Shown here in pieces: positions 28,185-38,394 of a DNA stretch of 64,000 bases (position 1 is its first letter; each line of letters starts with the position of its first letter). The notes beneath the pieces are model-generated. The model did no database searches, was not told the DNA's origin, and was given only the letters and a program-made list of their open reading frames with translations. This stretch comes from an uncultured Actinomycetes bacterium (lineage in GTDB: Bacteria > Actinomycetota > UBA4738 > HRBIN12): the NCBI GenBank assembly GCA_963794065.1, contig CAWCDA010000057.1:13634-77633 (forward strand), given 5' to 3'. Both the position numbers and the translations under genes were made by a program.

Positions 28185-28760
28185 TCAGACCTCCTGTTCG
28201 ATCGATCGCACCAACGTGAGCACCGGACCCGTCCGGATCCTGGGTCCACTCGCGCGAACCGTCCACACGATCGGCCCTCGTTGCCACACCGCGAGATAGA
28301 TCGGCGTCTCCTCGTGACAGCAGCCGCTGACCGCGTGCCGCAGCACCAGCACGTCACCCGAGGCTCCGAGCGGCTGGGCACCCCCGAGGAGCTCGTCGGA
28401 CGCATTGGTCTGCAGCCACTCCTGGAACGAGCTCGCCCCGTCGGCCGTCGAGAACACCCACCCGCGGATCACGACCCGGGCGAACGTACCCCGCGCCCCC
28501 GTGTACGTGCGATCGCGGACCGCGACGAGGCCCGCGTCGGACAGGGCTTGCGTCATGTCGTCGGGGTGCGTCGCGTCGAGGGCAGCGTCAACGGCGTCCA
28601 AGGTCGCGTCTCGATGACGCAGGCCGGGCAACCGGGCGCTCGGCATCGTCATGGCGAGGAGCGAGGGACTCGGCGACGGCACCGTGGTGGATGTTGCGTC
28701 GCTCCCGCAGGAGACGACCGCCAAGACGAGCACCAAGGGAAGGAACCTCGCGATCCGCAT
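28185..28760 (-). CDS. hypothetical lipoprotein
   Basis: MRIARFLPLVLVLAVVSCGS starts at 28760. C-terminal 191 aa of ORF 28185..29216. Its stop lies 1 nt before the SMP-30 start. Confidence 0.6.
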   Translation of the reverse strand: MRIARFLPLVLVLAVVSCGSDATSTTVPSPSPSLLAMTMPSARLPGLRHRDATLDAVDAALDATHPDDMTQALSDAGLVAVRDRTYTGARGTFARVVIRGWVFSTADGASSFQEWLQTNASDELLGGAQPLGASGDVLVLRHAVSGCCHEETPIYLAVWQRGPIVWTVRASGPRIRTGPVLTLVRSIEQEV

Positions 28761-28847
28761 CTTCAGGACCTGTGTTGCCCTCGGTCGAACATGGGCGCAT
28801 GATACGGCGAACCCGAGGGGCGCCTCCCTCGGACAAGGGGAGGAAAC

Positions 28848-30026
28848 ATGCCGCAGGAACCGCTTGATCTCGACCGCTTGTTCCGTCAGCGCATGCCGCG
28901 CCGTGACCTCATCCGCTACACCGGGATGGGCCTCGGGGTGAGCGCCATCCTTGCCGCCTGCAAGCAGGCGTCGACATCCGCAGGCGCCATCCCGTCCGGA
29001 TCGCCGCGCCCGGCGATGGACGCCGAGCCCGGTGGCCTCCAGGTATTCGACTGGTCCGGCTACGGCAACGGCGACTACTACCCCAAGGAAGAGAAGCAGT
29101 ACCTGTGGCAGGACTACCAGAAGGCGACGAACGACACGCCGAAATTCATCCTGTTCGAGAACGACGACTCGGGATTCGCGAAGGTGGCGCAGGGCACGAC
29201 CTACGACATCGTCCACCCGTGCGCGTATCGGTTCCAGGACTACGTGAACCTCCCCGGCGTGATGCAGCCGTGGGACACGTCGCTGCTCCAGAACTGGAGC
29301 CAGTTGAACCCGCAGCTCGAGAAGCAGGGCAACATCAATGGCCAGCAGTACTTCATCGTTGAGGACTGGGGCTTCATCGCGCCGCTGTACCGCGCGGACA
29401 AGGTCCAGCCGCAGGAGGAGTCGTTCTCGTTGCTGTTCGACGATCGCTACCCGGGCAAGATTTCCTGGATCGACACGCTCGAGATGCTCGTGATCGCCGC
29501 CTACGTCAACGGTGTGTCGAACCCCTGGGACATGACTGACGATGAGCTCAGCCAGATGAAGGACTACTTGATCTCAAAGAAGCCACTCGTCAAGTTCTTC
29601 TGGAACCAGTCCTACGAATTGTTCCAGGCGTTCAAGCGCGAAGAGGTCTGGATCGGCTACGCGTGGCCGGACGCCTACGCCTACTCGAAAGGCGCCGGTC
29701 TCGATGTCGAGTACATGAATCCGAAGGAAGGCCGCATCACGTGGTCGTGCGGGCTCGGGCTGTTCGGCGACACGCAGAACTACAACCACGCACATGCGTA
29801 CGTCGATTCGTGGTCGAGCTCGAAGGCGGCCCAGTTCCTGGTCGGCTACTACTACTACGGCCACGCGAACGCGAACATCGATCTCGAGGCGATCTCGGCC
29901 GACATCGTCAAGGCGCTCAGTCTGGACGACCTGTCGATCCTCGAGCCCCCAAACTCGAACGTGGAGTCGTACATCCCGCGCCGGCAGGTCTACGCCGACA
30001 CGTGGGACGAAGTCAAAGCGTCCTGA
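28848..30026 (+). CDS. ABC transporter substrate-binding lipoprotein, PotD/PotF (polyamine) family, Tat signal
   Basis: ORF 28848..30026, with a twin-arginine RRDLIRYTGMGLGVSAILAAC signal/lipobox. Confidence 0.8.
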   Translation: MPQEPLDLDRLFRQRMPRRDLIRYTGMGLGVSAILAACKQASTSAGAIPSGSPRPAMDAEPGGLQVFDWSGYGNGDYYPKEEKQYLWQDYQKATNDTPKFILFENDDSGFAKVAQGTTYDIVHPCAYRFQDYVNLPGVMQPWDTSLLQNWSQLNPQLEKQGNINGQQYFIVEDWGFIAPLYRADKVQPQEESFSLLFDDRYPGKISWIDTLEMLVIAAYVNGVSNPWDMTDDELSQMKDYLISKKPLVKFFWNQSYELFQAFKREEVWIGYAWPDAYAYSKGAGLDVEYMNPKEGRITWSCGLGLFGDTQNYNHAHAYVDSWSSSKAAQFLVGYYYYGHANANIDLEAISADIVKALSLDDLSILEPPNSNVESYIPRRQVYADTWDEVKAS

Positions 30027-30029
30027 TCC

Positions 30030-30914
30030 GTGGCGCAGGGTGAGCCGGGCAGCGGGCGCTCCACCGCAGGCCTGCTGTCTGGCCCCCTGCTGTGGTTGTT
30101 CCTGTTCTTCATCCTGCCGGTCGGCTTGATCACCGCGTACAGCGTCGGAGGGATGCATCTGCTGCCGACGGACACAGGCGGCGTCACGCTCTACTCCTGG
30201 AAGAAGTTCCTGACCGGCGGTTCCATCTACCTCTCGCTGTTCTGGAAGTCGGTGCGGATATCGCTGACCGTCTCGATCGTCGTCGTGTTGCTGGCATATC
30301 CGGTCGGCTACTTCCTTGCCTTGTGCGTGCGCAAACGGAAGTACGTGCTGCTGCTCGTCATCATCGCGCCGTTCCTGACGAGCTATCTGCTGCGGGTGCT
30401 TGCGTGGAAGGTGATCCTGGGGGATCGCGGGGTGATCAACTCAGCCCTGTATCAGCTGCACCTGCGCGCGCCGGATCATCCGGTGGAGTGGCTGATCTAC
30501 AGCCAGTTCGCCGTGATGTTGGTGCTGGCGTACGTGTGGATCCCGTTCGTGGCGCTGCCGATCTTCGTCTCGCTGAACAACCTCGACCCGTCCTTCCTCG
30601 AGGCTGCGGGCGATCTGGGTGCCAGCCGGTGGAGAACGTTCCTCCGGGTGACGTTGCCGCTCAGCATGCCGGGTCTGATCGCTGCGTTCGTGTTCGTGTT
30701 CGTGCCGACGATCGGGGAGTTCGTGACGCCGCAGATCGTTGGTGGCTCTGCGGACGGGTCCAACTTTCTGTTCGGCAACGCGATCAACGCCCGGTTTACG
30801 CAGGCGCTCGATTGGCAGAGCGGATCGGTGATGGCGTTGTTCCTGTTGATCGTGGTGGCGATCCTGATGACGATCTTCGGGCGGCGCATCCAGATGCGGC
30901 AGATGGAAACCTGA
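30030..30914 (+). CDS. ABC transporter permease (PotB-like)
   Basis: ORF 30030..30914 with the EAA-loop motif LEAAGDLGASRWRTFLRVTLP. Confidence 0.9.
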   Translation: MAQGEPGSGRSTAGLLSGPLLWLFLFFILPVGLITAYSVGGMHLLPTDTGGVTLYSWKKFLTGGSIYLSLFWKSVRISLTVSIVVVLLAYPVGYFLALCVRKRKYVLLLVIIAPFLTSYLLRVLAWKVILGDRGVINSALYQLHLRAPDHPVEWLIYSQFAVMLVLAYVWIPFVALPIFVSLNNLDPSFLEAAGDLGASRWRTFLRVTLPLSMPGLIAAFVFVFVPTIGEFVTPQIVGGSADGSNFLFGNAINARFTQALDWQSGSVMALFLLIVVAILMTIFGRRIQMRQMET

Positions 30915-30915
30915 G

Positions 30916-31755
30916 ATGGACCTCGCGAGCTCACGAGGAGCGCTGTGGCTGCTGCGGGTCTTCTTCGTGCTGCTTGTCTTGTTCCTGTACGTGCCCCTCG
31001 TCGTGCTCGTGGTCTTTTCGTTCAACAAGGGCGACGTGACGTTCCCGCTGCAAGGGTTCACGACATCGTGGTACACGCGGGCGGCGGAGAATCCCTCATT
31101 GGTCGTGGCGCTGCAGCACAGCCTGATCGTTGCGACGGTGACCAGCGTGATCGCGGTTGCGCTCGGCGTGCTCGCGTCCTACGCGCTGGTACGGCGCGTA
31201 TTCCGTGGCAAGGGCGCGTTCTCGGCGCTGGTGTTCTCGCCGCTGGTGATCCCGTATCTCGTGTTCGGCATCGCGCTTCTGGTGCTGTTTAAGATGATCG
31301 ACAAGGTGTTGATCGCGGTCGCCGGGACGTACATCGACGTCGGCATGCACGCGGTCATCATCGGACACGTCGTCGTGGCGCTGCCGTATACGATCCTGAC
31401 GATCCTGCCGTTGCTGGAGCGGCTGAGCACGTCGTTGGAGGAGGCCGCGCACGACCTCGGCGCAAGCCCGTGGAAGACGTTCTGGCGCGTGACGTTCCCC
31501 TTGTTGATGCCGGCGTTGGTATCGGCGTTCCTGATCGCGTTCACGTTGTCGTTCGACGAGTACGCGATCGCATCGTTCCTTGCCGGGTCGCAGGTGACAT
31601 GGCCGGTGTTCCTGTTCCTGTCGCTGCGCGTGCCGAGCCAGTTGCCGGAGCTCCTCGCGGTGTCGTCGATGATCCTTGTTATCTCCGTCGGGCTCGTGGT
31701 CGGCGCGGAGTTCGGCCGGCGCCGGTCCGAAGGCCGCGTCGGGATCGAGCTCTAG
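30916..31755 (+). CDS. ABC transporter permease (PotC-like)
   Basis: ORF 30916..31755 with the EAA loop LEEAAHDLGASPWKTFWRVTFP. Confidence 0.9.
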   Translation: MDLASSRGALWLLRVFFVLLVLFLYVPLVVLVVFSFNKGDVTFPLQGFTTSWYTRAAENPSLVVALQHSLIVATVTSVIAVALGVLASYALVRRVFRGKGAFSALVFSPLVIPYLVFGIALLVLFKMIDKVLIAVAGTYIDVGMHAVIIGHVVVALPYTILTILPLLERLSTSLEEAAHDLGASPWKTFWRVTFPLLMPALVSAFLIAFTLSFDEYAIASFLAGSQVTWPVFLFLSLRVPSQLPELLAVSSMILVISVGLVVGAEFGRRRSEGRVGIEL

Positions 31756-31782
31756 CCGACGACATCGAGCGCGACTCGTGTC

Positions 31783-34044
31783 TCAGACGATCTCGGCGAG
31801 CAGCGCGGCGGCGGCTGCCTTGTCCAGCGGTTCGTTGCCGTTGCCGCACTTCGGTGACACGACGCAGGACGGGCAGCCATCGCGGCACGGGCAGTCCCGC
31901 AGGCGCCCGAGCGTCGCGTGCAGCCATCGCTCCGCCGCCCGGTAGCCGCGCTCGGTGATCCCCGCGCCGCCCGGGTAGCCGTCGTAGACGAAGATCGTCG
32001 TGAGCCCCGTGTCGGCGTGCACCGGTGTGGAGACGCCGCCGATGTCCCATCGGTCGCAGGTAGCCACCAGGGGCAGCAGCCCGATCGCGCAGTGCTCGGC
32101 GCCGTGGATGCCGCCGCCGAGCTCGCGTGTGGACACCCTCGCCGCGTCGATCAACCGTCCGGGCAGCGTCCACCAGACGGCCCGGGTGCGCAGCGTCACC
32201 GGCGGCAGCGGCACGGTCTGCTCGCCGACGATCTCGTTCGTCGATACCAGCTTGCGGACGAACCCGACGACCTGGTTCGTCACCTCGACATCGCCGAAGA
32301 ACAGTTCCGCGCCGCCGAGCGAACGATGGTCAATCTGATTGACGATCGCGATGTCGGTGACGTCGCGCGCCTGGGTGTAGAAGTCGGGGTCGGCGGATGC
32401 GACGAGCGCCACGCGGGCCACCAGATCGAGGCCCTCGACCAGGTACTGCTCGCCCTGGTGGAGGTAGACGGCGCCGGGGTGCAGCGTCGCGAACGCGCGG
32501 TGCTCGTCGCTCGTGCCGAGCAGCTCGCCTGTGTCGACCAGGACGATCCGGTAGACGTTGCCACCGCCGGCGCGGATGTCGACGTCGCGGTGCGGCGGCG
32601 TCGAGCCGATGTCGTGCCATCGATCCGTGCGGCGCTTGAGCAGGCCATCATCCGCCCCCGCCGCCAGCGCCCCGAGGGCGCCCGGCCCGAAGAACGTCTC
32701 GGCCTCATCGTCGGTCAGGGGATGCTCACGGGCGGCGCAGCGCAGATGCGGATCGCGGACGTAGGGGTTCGACGGATCGATCACGGCCGCCTCCGCCGGC
32801 AGGTCGAAGAGTTCGTCGGGGTGCTGCGTCAGGTACTGGTCGAGCGGGTCGTCCTGCGCGACCAACACGGCGAGCGATTCGTCGGCTCGACGACCGGCCC
32901 TTCCTGCCTGCTGCCACATCGACGCGCGCGTCCCGGGGTAGCCCGTGAGCACGGCCGCGTCCAGCGACCCGATGTCGATGCCGAGTTCGAGCGCGTTCGT
33001 CGCGGCGACGGCGACCAGCTCGCCGTCGGCCAGCTGCCGCTCGATCGCCCGCCGGTCCTCCGCGAGGTAGCCGGCCCGATAGGCGCGGATCTTCGAGCGC
33101 GCCTGAGTGTCGCGCACGCCGCGGCGTGTGAAGTCGGCCAAGAGCTCCGCGGCTCGCCGCGAACGCGTGAACCCGATCGTCCGCGCGCCGTCGTCGACCA
33201 GCTCCGTCATGAGCGTCGACGCCTCGGTCAGGGCGCTGCGTCGCGCGCCGGTCTCGTCGTCGATGATCGGGGGGTTCCACAGCGCGAACAGCTTCCGGCC
33301 ACGCGGCGCGTCGTCGGACGCGATCACCTCGACGTCGAGCCCGGTGAGTCCGCTCGCGAGCTCGCCGGGATTGCCGACCGTCGCGCTCGCCAGGCACCAG
33401 CGCGGGTCACCGTGGTGCAACGCGATCAGCCGCCGCAGTCTGCGTAGCACCATCGCGACCTGGGAGCCGAACACCCCCCGTAGCACGTGCGCCTCGTCGA
33501 TCACGACGATCGACAGCCGGAACAGGAAGTCGGCCCATCGCACGTGATCGGCCAGGAGCGACAGGTGCAGCATGTCGGGGTTCGTCAGCACGAGGTTCGC
33601 GTTCTTGCGGATCAGCGGACGCTCGCCCTGCGGGGTGTCGCCGTCGTAGACGGCGGCGCGGACCTGGGGCAGCTTGAGCGCACGCATCGCGCGCAGCTGG
33701 TCTCGCGCGAGCGCCTTCGTCGGGAACAGGAACAGCGCCGTGGCCTTCGGCGTGGTGAGCGCGGCCTCGGCGGCGGCCATCTGATAGATGAGCGACTTCC
33801 CGCTGGCGGTGCCGGTGGCGAGCACCACGTTGCGGCCGCCCCGGACCGCCTCGAGCCCGGAGGCCTGGTGCGGATACAGACCGGTGATGCCGAGCAGCCC
33901 GAGCCGCGAGACCAGCACGTCGGGGAGATCGTCGGGGAACGGTTGCAGCCGTGGCGCTTTGGCGGGCAGATCGCGCACGTGCACGAGGCAGTCCGCCGCG
34001 GCGGGGTCGGCGGTCAGCCGATCGAGGAACGCCTGCGCCTGCAC
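31783..34044 (-). CDS. DEAD/DEAH-box helicase with C-terminal DUF1998 zinc domain (MrfA/YprA-like)
   Basis: ORF 31783..34044. Motif I ATGTASGKS, motif II VIDEAH, and the C-terminal CPCRDGCPSCVVSPKCGNGNEPLDK. Confidence 0.9.
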   Translation of the reverse strand: MQAQAFLDRLTADPAAADCLVHVRDLPAKAPRLQPFPDDLPDVLVSRLGLLGITGLYPHQASGLEAVRGGRNVVLATGTASGKSLIYQMAAAEAALTTPKATALFLFPTKALARDQLRAMRALKLPQVRAAVYDGDTPQGERPLIRKNANLVLTNPDMLHLSLLADHVRWADFLFRLSIVVIDEAHVLRGVFGSQVAMVLRRLRRLIALHHGDPRWCLASATVGNPGELASGLTGLDVEVIASDDAPRGRKLFALWNPPIIDDETGARRSALTEASTLMTELVDDGARTIGFTRSRRAAELLADFTRRGVRDTQARSKIRAYRAGYLAEDRRAIERQLADGELVAVAATNALELGIDIGSLDAAVLTGYPGTRASMWQQAGRAGRRADESLAVLVAQDDPLDQYLTQHPDELFDLPAEAAVIDPSNPYVRDPHLRCAAREHPLTDDEAETFFGPGALGALAAGADDGLLKRRTDRWHDIGSTPPHRDVDIRAGGGNVYRIVLVDTGELLGTSDEHRAFATLHPGAVYLHQGEQYLVEGLDLVARVALVASADPDFYTQARDVTDIAIVNQIDHRSLGGAELFFGDVEVTNQVVGFVRKLVSTNEIVGEQTVPLPPVTLRTRAVWWTLPGRLIDAARVSTRELGGGIHGAEHCAIGLLPLVATCDRWDIGGVSTPVHADTGLTTIFVYDGYPGGAGITERGYRAAERWLHATLGRLRDCPCRDGCPSCVVSPKCGNGNEPLDKAAAAALLAEIV

Positions 34045-34053
34045 CCCTCCAGG

Positions 34054-35397
34054 CTACGGGGCGGCGATGGCGTCGTCGGGCTGGCCCATCTCGGCGTACG
34101 GCGTCCGGAACCCGTCGCGCAACAGCGACCGGAACTCGGCCCAGTGCGTGAGGAGCAGCCACGTGCCCGCGCCCAGGTACACGGTGGCGGTGAGCACGAG
34201 CACCTCCTCATGCAGGTGCTCGCCCGCGAACGCCGACCCGAGGAACTGTGCCCAGAACAACCCGAAGATCCACCACGCCTCACGCACCGACATCCGCAGG
34301 TTCGTGATGATCGCGACGGCGAACAGCGACTGCGCGGCTGTTAACAACAGCTCGAGGCGCTGGGAGCCAGCGATCGGCAGTCCGTGCAGGCTCCGTGACG
34401 AGATCGCGAAGACGAGCGGCAGCGACCCGACGAGCAGTGTCCACTGGTTCACCTTCGAGCTCACGAGCGCGCCGAGCGCCGCGCTCGTCTGGAGCCGCCA
34501 CGCGAACAGCCCGGCGATGATGAACTCGGGCGCCTCGCTTGCGAGGGGGGCCAGCCACTGCACCAGGAAGAACTCCGAGATGCCGTAGTCGCGCCCGGCG
34601 GACACCAGGGCGTGCGCGAAGGGCTCGGCGCACAGCAAGATCACGAACGCCGCCCACGCGAACAGCAGCCCCACGGTCGCCCGCCGACCGCGCGTCGAGA
34701 ACCCGCCGATCCACCGCGCGGGGCCGACCAGGTGAGGCTCCTCGGCCGGCGCTTTGGCAAGCCGCCGCATATACAGGCCGAAGAGGGTGATCAAGACGAT
34801 CCCGTCGAACAGGGTGATCGAGTGCTTGAGCGGCAGCGTCAACGAGTACAGCGTCGCGGCGGCCAGGAACGCGACCTCGACCGCGTGGGCTCGCCCCAGC
34901 CTGATGCCCGTGAAGCGGGGCTCGGCGGGCTCGACCCGGCGCCGCCGGCGGGATCGGTACCAGGCGATGAATACGACGCTGCTCCATCCGAGACCGATCA
35001 ACAGACGGTTGGCGCCGGTCATGTTCGCCAGCGCCAGCGAGCATGGGGAGGCGAGGTCGGCCTCGGGGCTCGGGCATGCTTCGCCGTAGAGCCGCACCGA
35101 TTGGCCACCCTGCCAGGTGAACACGAAGTCGACCGCGTATTCGGGCAGGACCGCGATCAGCGCGAGCAGCGCGAGCGCCAATCCAGCCGCGATGTCGAGC
35201 TGCGCCACCTCCGCGGCCCAGGACAGGATGAATGCGGCGCCGACGATCGCGAGACCGAACAGCACCGCCTCGAGCCCGTGTGAGAGGTGCGGCCCCGACC
35301 AGCGGATCCACAGGGCGGGGACCGCTGCCAGCAGGGCGAGGCCGAAGACGAGTCGAACGCTTCGGAGCGCGGGGGCGGCCTGCGGGGGGGTCGTCAT
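34054..35397 (-). CDS. Ca2+/cation antiporter (CaCA) family membrane protein
   Basis: MTTPPQAAP starts at 35397 inside ORF 34054..35679. It is polytopic, with alpha-repeat-like LPEYAVDF and ASEAPEFIIAG. Confidence 0.75.
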   Translation of the reverse strand: MTTPPQAAPALRSVRLVFGLALLAAVPALWIRWSGPHLSHGLEAVLFGLAIVGAAFILSWAAEVAQLDIAAGLALALLALIAVLPEYAVDFVFTWQGGQSVRLYGEACPSPEADLASPCSLALANMTGANRLLIGLGWSSVVFIAWYRSRRRRRVEPAEPRFTGIRLGRAHAVEVAFLAAATLYSLTLPLKHSITLFDGIVLITLFGLYMRRLAKAPAEEPHLVGPARWIGGFSTRGRRATVGLLFAWAAFVILLCAEPFAHALVSAGRDYGISEFFLVQWLAPLASEAPEFIIAGLFAWRLQTSAALGALVSSKVNQWTLLVGSLPLVFAISSRSLHGLPIAGSQRLELLLTAAQSLFAVAIITNLRMSVREAWWIFGLFWAQFLGSAFAGEHLHEEVLVLTATVYLGAGTWLLLTHWAEFRSLLRDGFRTPYAEMGQPDDAIAAP

Positions 35398-35428
35398 CGC
35401 TTGTGGCGACCCTAACAGCCCTGGGAGC

Positions 35429-36478
35429 ATGCACACCCATATGGATTGGGCGCTGCTGGTCGTGTCGTTGCTCGTGATCCTGGCGGGCTCGGAGTTGTTC
35501 ACGAACGGCGTCGAATGGGTGGGCGAGGGTTTCGGACTGTCCGAGGGCGCGGTCGGGTCGGTGCTCGCTGCCGTCGGAACCGCGCTGCCCGAGACGATCC
35601 TGCCGATCATCGCGATCGCGTCGGGCCACGCCGCGGGCGAGGAGATCGGGGTCGGCGCGATCATCGGCGCGCCGTTCATGTTGACGACGCTCGCGATGGT
35701 GGTGATCGCGGTGGCGATCTTGATCTTCGCCCGCGGTGGGCGTCGACCGCGGACCCTCGAGATCGATCCGGGCGTGATCCACCAGGATCTCGGCTACTTC
35801 CTCGTGATGTACTCGCTCGCCGTCGTCGCAGGCCTGCTGCACGTCAAAGCGATCGACTACGCGCTGGCGATCGTGCTGGTGGTGGGGTACGGCTACTACG
35901 TCCGCCGACATTTCCAGAGCCCCGGCGAGGACGAGCTCGAGGGGGAGGTGGCCGATGAGATCCACCCGCTGCACGTGTGGGTCTGGATGCGTACTGTGGT
36001 CCGCCGCCTGCCCGAGTGGTCCGCCGATCGATCCACGGCGGCCCCTTTCGTGCAGGTGGCGATCGCACTCGGTCTGATCGTGCTGGGCGCGGAGATCTTC
36101 GTGGGGGCCGTGAGCACCCTGGGTGAGGCCGCCGGCATCCCGCCGCTCGCGTTCTCCCTGCTGGTGGCGCCGCTCGCGACCGAGCTTCCCGAGAAGTTCA
36201 ACAGCGTGCTGTGGGTCCGGCGGCGTAAGGACACGCTGGCCATGGGCAACATGACCGGCGCGATGGTGTTCCAGTCCTCGTTTCCGGTGACGATCGGGCT
36301 GCTGTTCACGCCCTGGGTGCTGACGGGCGACGCGCTGGTCGCCGCGCTCGTTGCGTTGGCGGCGGGCTCGGTGCTGTACCTCACGCTGCGGTTCCGCGGC
36401 CGGCTGTCGGCGCCGCTTCTGCTGGTGCAGGGCGTGTTCTATCTCGGCTACGTCGGGTACGTGCTCACGCGCCTCTAG
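35429..36478 (+). CDS. sodium:calcium antiporter (CaCA) family membrane protein
   Basis: ATG at 35429 (or 35441) inside ORF 35117..36478, with alpha repeats [10 protein letters not shown] and [10 protein letters not shown]. Confidence 0.85.
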   Translation: MHTHMDWALLVVSLLVILAGSELFTNGVEWVGEGFGLSEGAVGSVLAAVGTALPETILPIIAIASGHAAGEEIGVGAIIGAPFMLTTLAMVVIAVAILIFARGGRRPRTLEIDPGVIHQDLGYFLVMYSLAVVAGLLHVKAIDYALAIVLVVGYGYYVRRHFQSPGEDELEGEVADEIHPLHVWVWMRTVVRRLPEWSADRSTAAPFVQVAIALGLIVLGAEIFVGAVSTLGEAAGIPPLAFSLLVAPLATELPEKFNSVLWVRRRKDTLAMGNMTGAMVFQSSFPVTIGLLFTPWVLTGDALVAALVALAAGSVLYLTLRFRGRLSAPLLLVQGVFYLGYVGYVLTRL

Positions 36479-37455
36479 GTCACCTTCGAGCAGTCGCGCT
36501 CGGGTAACACCAGCGGGTCAGCGGGCTGCTGCGTGAAGTCGAAGGCTCCGATCAGGTCGTTCGCGCTCGCGTCGCGCTCGGTCAGCGACGGCAGGCCGTA
36601 GAGCTCCTCCATGAATCGGAGCACGCTCGTGAAGTCCGAGGTGCCGTGGAAGACGGTGCCGCGCTGCGCGTAGGGGCTGATCACGATCAGCGGCACCCTG
36701 GGGCCGTCGACGTAGACGTCGAGGTGCGGCGGCGGCACGTGATCGTAGAAGCCGCCGAAGTCGTCCCAGGTCAGGAAGATCGCGGTGTGTGTCCACTCGG
36801 GGCTCTGCATGATCGCGTTGACGGTCCGGACCGTCCAGTTCTCGCCGTCGCACAGCGCTCCGTAGCCCGGGTGGTCGGACTCGGGGGTTGGCGGCATCAG
36901 CCACGTCACCTGCGGCATGTTCCCGGACTGCAGATCGGGCACGAACGTCGAGGTGTCGACGACATCGCGCCACATCGGCCCGTAGCGGATGTGCGGAATC
37001 GTGCCCATCACGTCGAAGTACGGCGTGTCGGACAGGTAGTACTTCCACGAGATGCCGGCGTGCTCCAGCAGGTCGGGCATCGTCTGGATATCGCGGCAGG
37101 GCCACCGCTCGATCACCCAGTCGCGGACGAGCTGCCCGGTGCGCGCCTGCTCCTCGAGTTGATACACGGTGCGCTCGTCGGCTGGGCTCAGGACCGGAAC
37201 GAGAACAGACGCTCGCTACGATCGTCGCAGTAGCCGCCGATCACGCCGTCGTCCCCGGCCTGTCCCTCGAGGGGGCGCTGGTTCTCGATGTAGCGGTGCG
37301 ACGATGCGGCGACGAGCCAGAAGTGTTCGACGAACGTCGGCCCGTAGGATGCGGAGAAGAACCGGTCACCCAGCGTGAACCGCCGCGCGTACGCCCAGCG
37401 GGTGCATGCGGCCGCGAGGGCAGCGACGATCAGGATCGCGGCGAGGGAGCGCGGC
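36475..37455 (-). pseudogene. phosphoesterase (phospholipase C / acid phosphatase family), frameshifted and lacking its N-terminal catalytic segment
   Basis: ORF 36475..37167 carries the C-terminal half ([28 protein letters not shown]). The frame of ORF 37188..37601 carries a lipoprotein-like LAAILIVAALAAAC fused directly to the mid-domain FTLGDRFFSASYGP. No start codon follows the LCP gene stop, the expected N-terminal NRSFD-type motif is absent, and the frame breaks near 37190-37215. Confidence 0.6.
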
Positions 37456-38394
37456 CTAGGTCGGGTCGGGCTGCGCCGCAGCGGGGATGTCCTTCTGCAG
37501 GATGTACCCGTCCTGGGCCATGTCCTGCCAGAGCGCCGAGTTCTGGTCCGAGAGGTAGACGACACTCTGTGAGCCTTGCATCGCGCTGCTCCCCATCGCA
37601 ACCAGGTTCGTCACCTTGGTCGCGGGCAGATCCTGCGACAGCCCCGCGAGCTTGATCAGCTCGTCGATCGGCACGGTGGTCTCGGTGTTGCGCAGCCCGG
37701 CGCCGAGCCACGTGTACATGCGGCTCGCATCCTTCGAGTACTCCACCCGGAACTGCGACAGCGCGCTCAACAGAACCACGCCCTGGTTGAGGGAGCGATC
37801 GAAGTCGCCCAGCGGCAGCGAGTGACGGGTGCGGGAGTATCCGAGCACCTGCGAGCCGTCCATCGTCTGGGGACCCGCGCTGAACGTCTGCTCGTAGCCG
37901 ACGACCGTGTAGGGAACGTCGATGTGGAGTCCGCCGATCTGATTGACCGCCTGGGTGACCTCGTTGAACCCGCTCAGCACGTAGTAGTCGAACGTGATGC
38001 CCGTCAGCTGCTCGACGGTGGCGACCGTGGCCTCGGGCCCGCCCACCGGCATCGCGGCGTTGATCTTGTTCGTGCCGCCGGTCGTCAACGGCACCCACGA
38101 GTCGCGCGGGATGCCGTAGATCGTGGCGCGGTGCTCAGCCGGGTTGATGCCGAGGATGTGGATCGAGTCCGACCGCCCGCGGTTCATGGGGGTGCCGGGC
38201 CTGGAGTCGGAGCCGAGGATCAGAACGAAGATCGGATCGGTGCCGTCCAGCGTCGGCGTGTAGTCGGCGTGCGCGCGCTCGATCTTAAACAGCGTCTGCG
38301 CCGCAGCGGTTCCGGACTGGCCGACGGTGGCGGCGACGGTGCCGGCGATCCAGGCGGACAGGCCGAGCACGATCGCGAGGATCTTCTTGGTCAT
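37456..38394 (-). CDS. LytR-CpsA-Psr (LCP) family cell-envelope phosphotransferase
   Basis: ORF 37456..38394. Motifs FVLILGSDSR, RSDSIHILGINP and IPRDSWV. Confidence 0.9.
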   Translation of the reverse strand: MTKKILAIVLGLSAWIAGTVAATVGQSGTAAAQTLFKIERAHADYTPTLDGTDPIFVLILGSDSRPGTPMNRGRSDSIHILGINPAEHRATIYGIPRDSWVPLTTGGTNKINAAMPVGGPEATVATVEQLTGITFDYYVLSGFNEVTQAVNQIGGLHIDVPYTVVGYEQTFSAGPQTMDGSQVLGYSRTRHSLPLGDFDRSLNQGVVLLSALSQFRVEYSKDASRMYTWLGAGLRNTETTVPIDELIKLAGLSQDLPATKVTNLVAMGSSAMQGSQSVVYLSDQNSALWQDMAQDGYILQKDIPAAAQPDPT

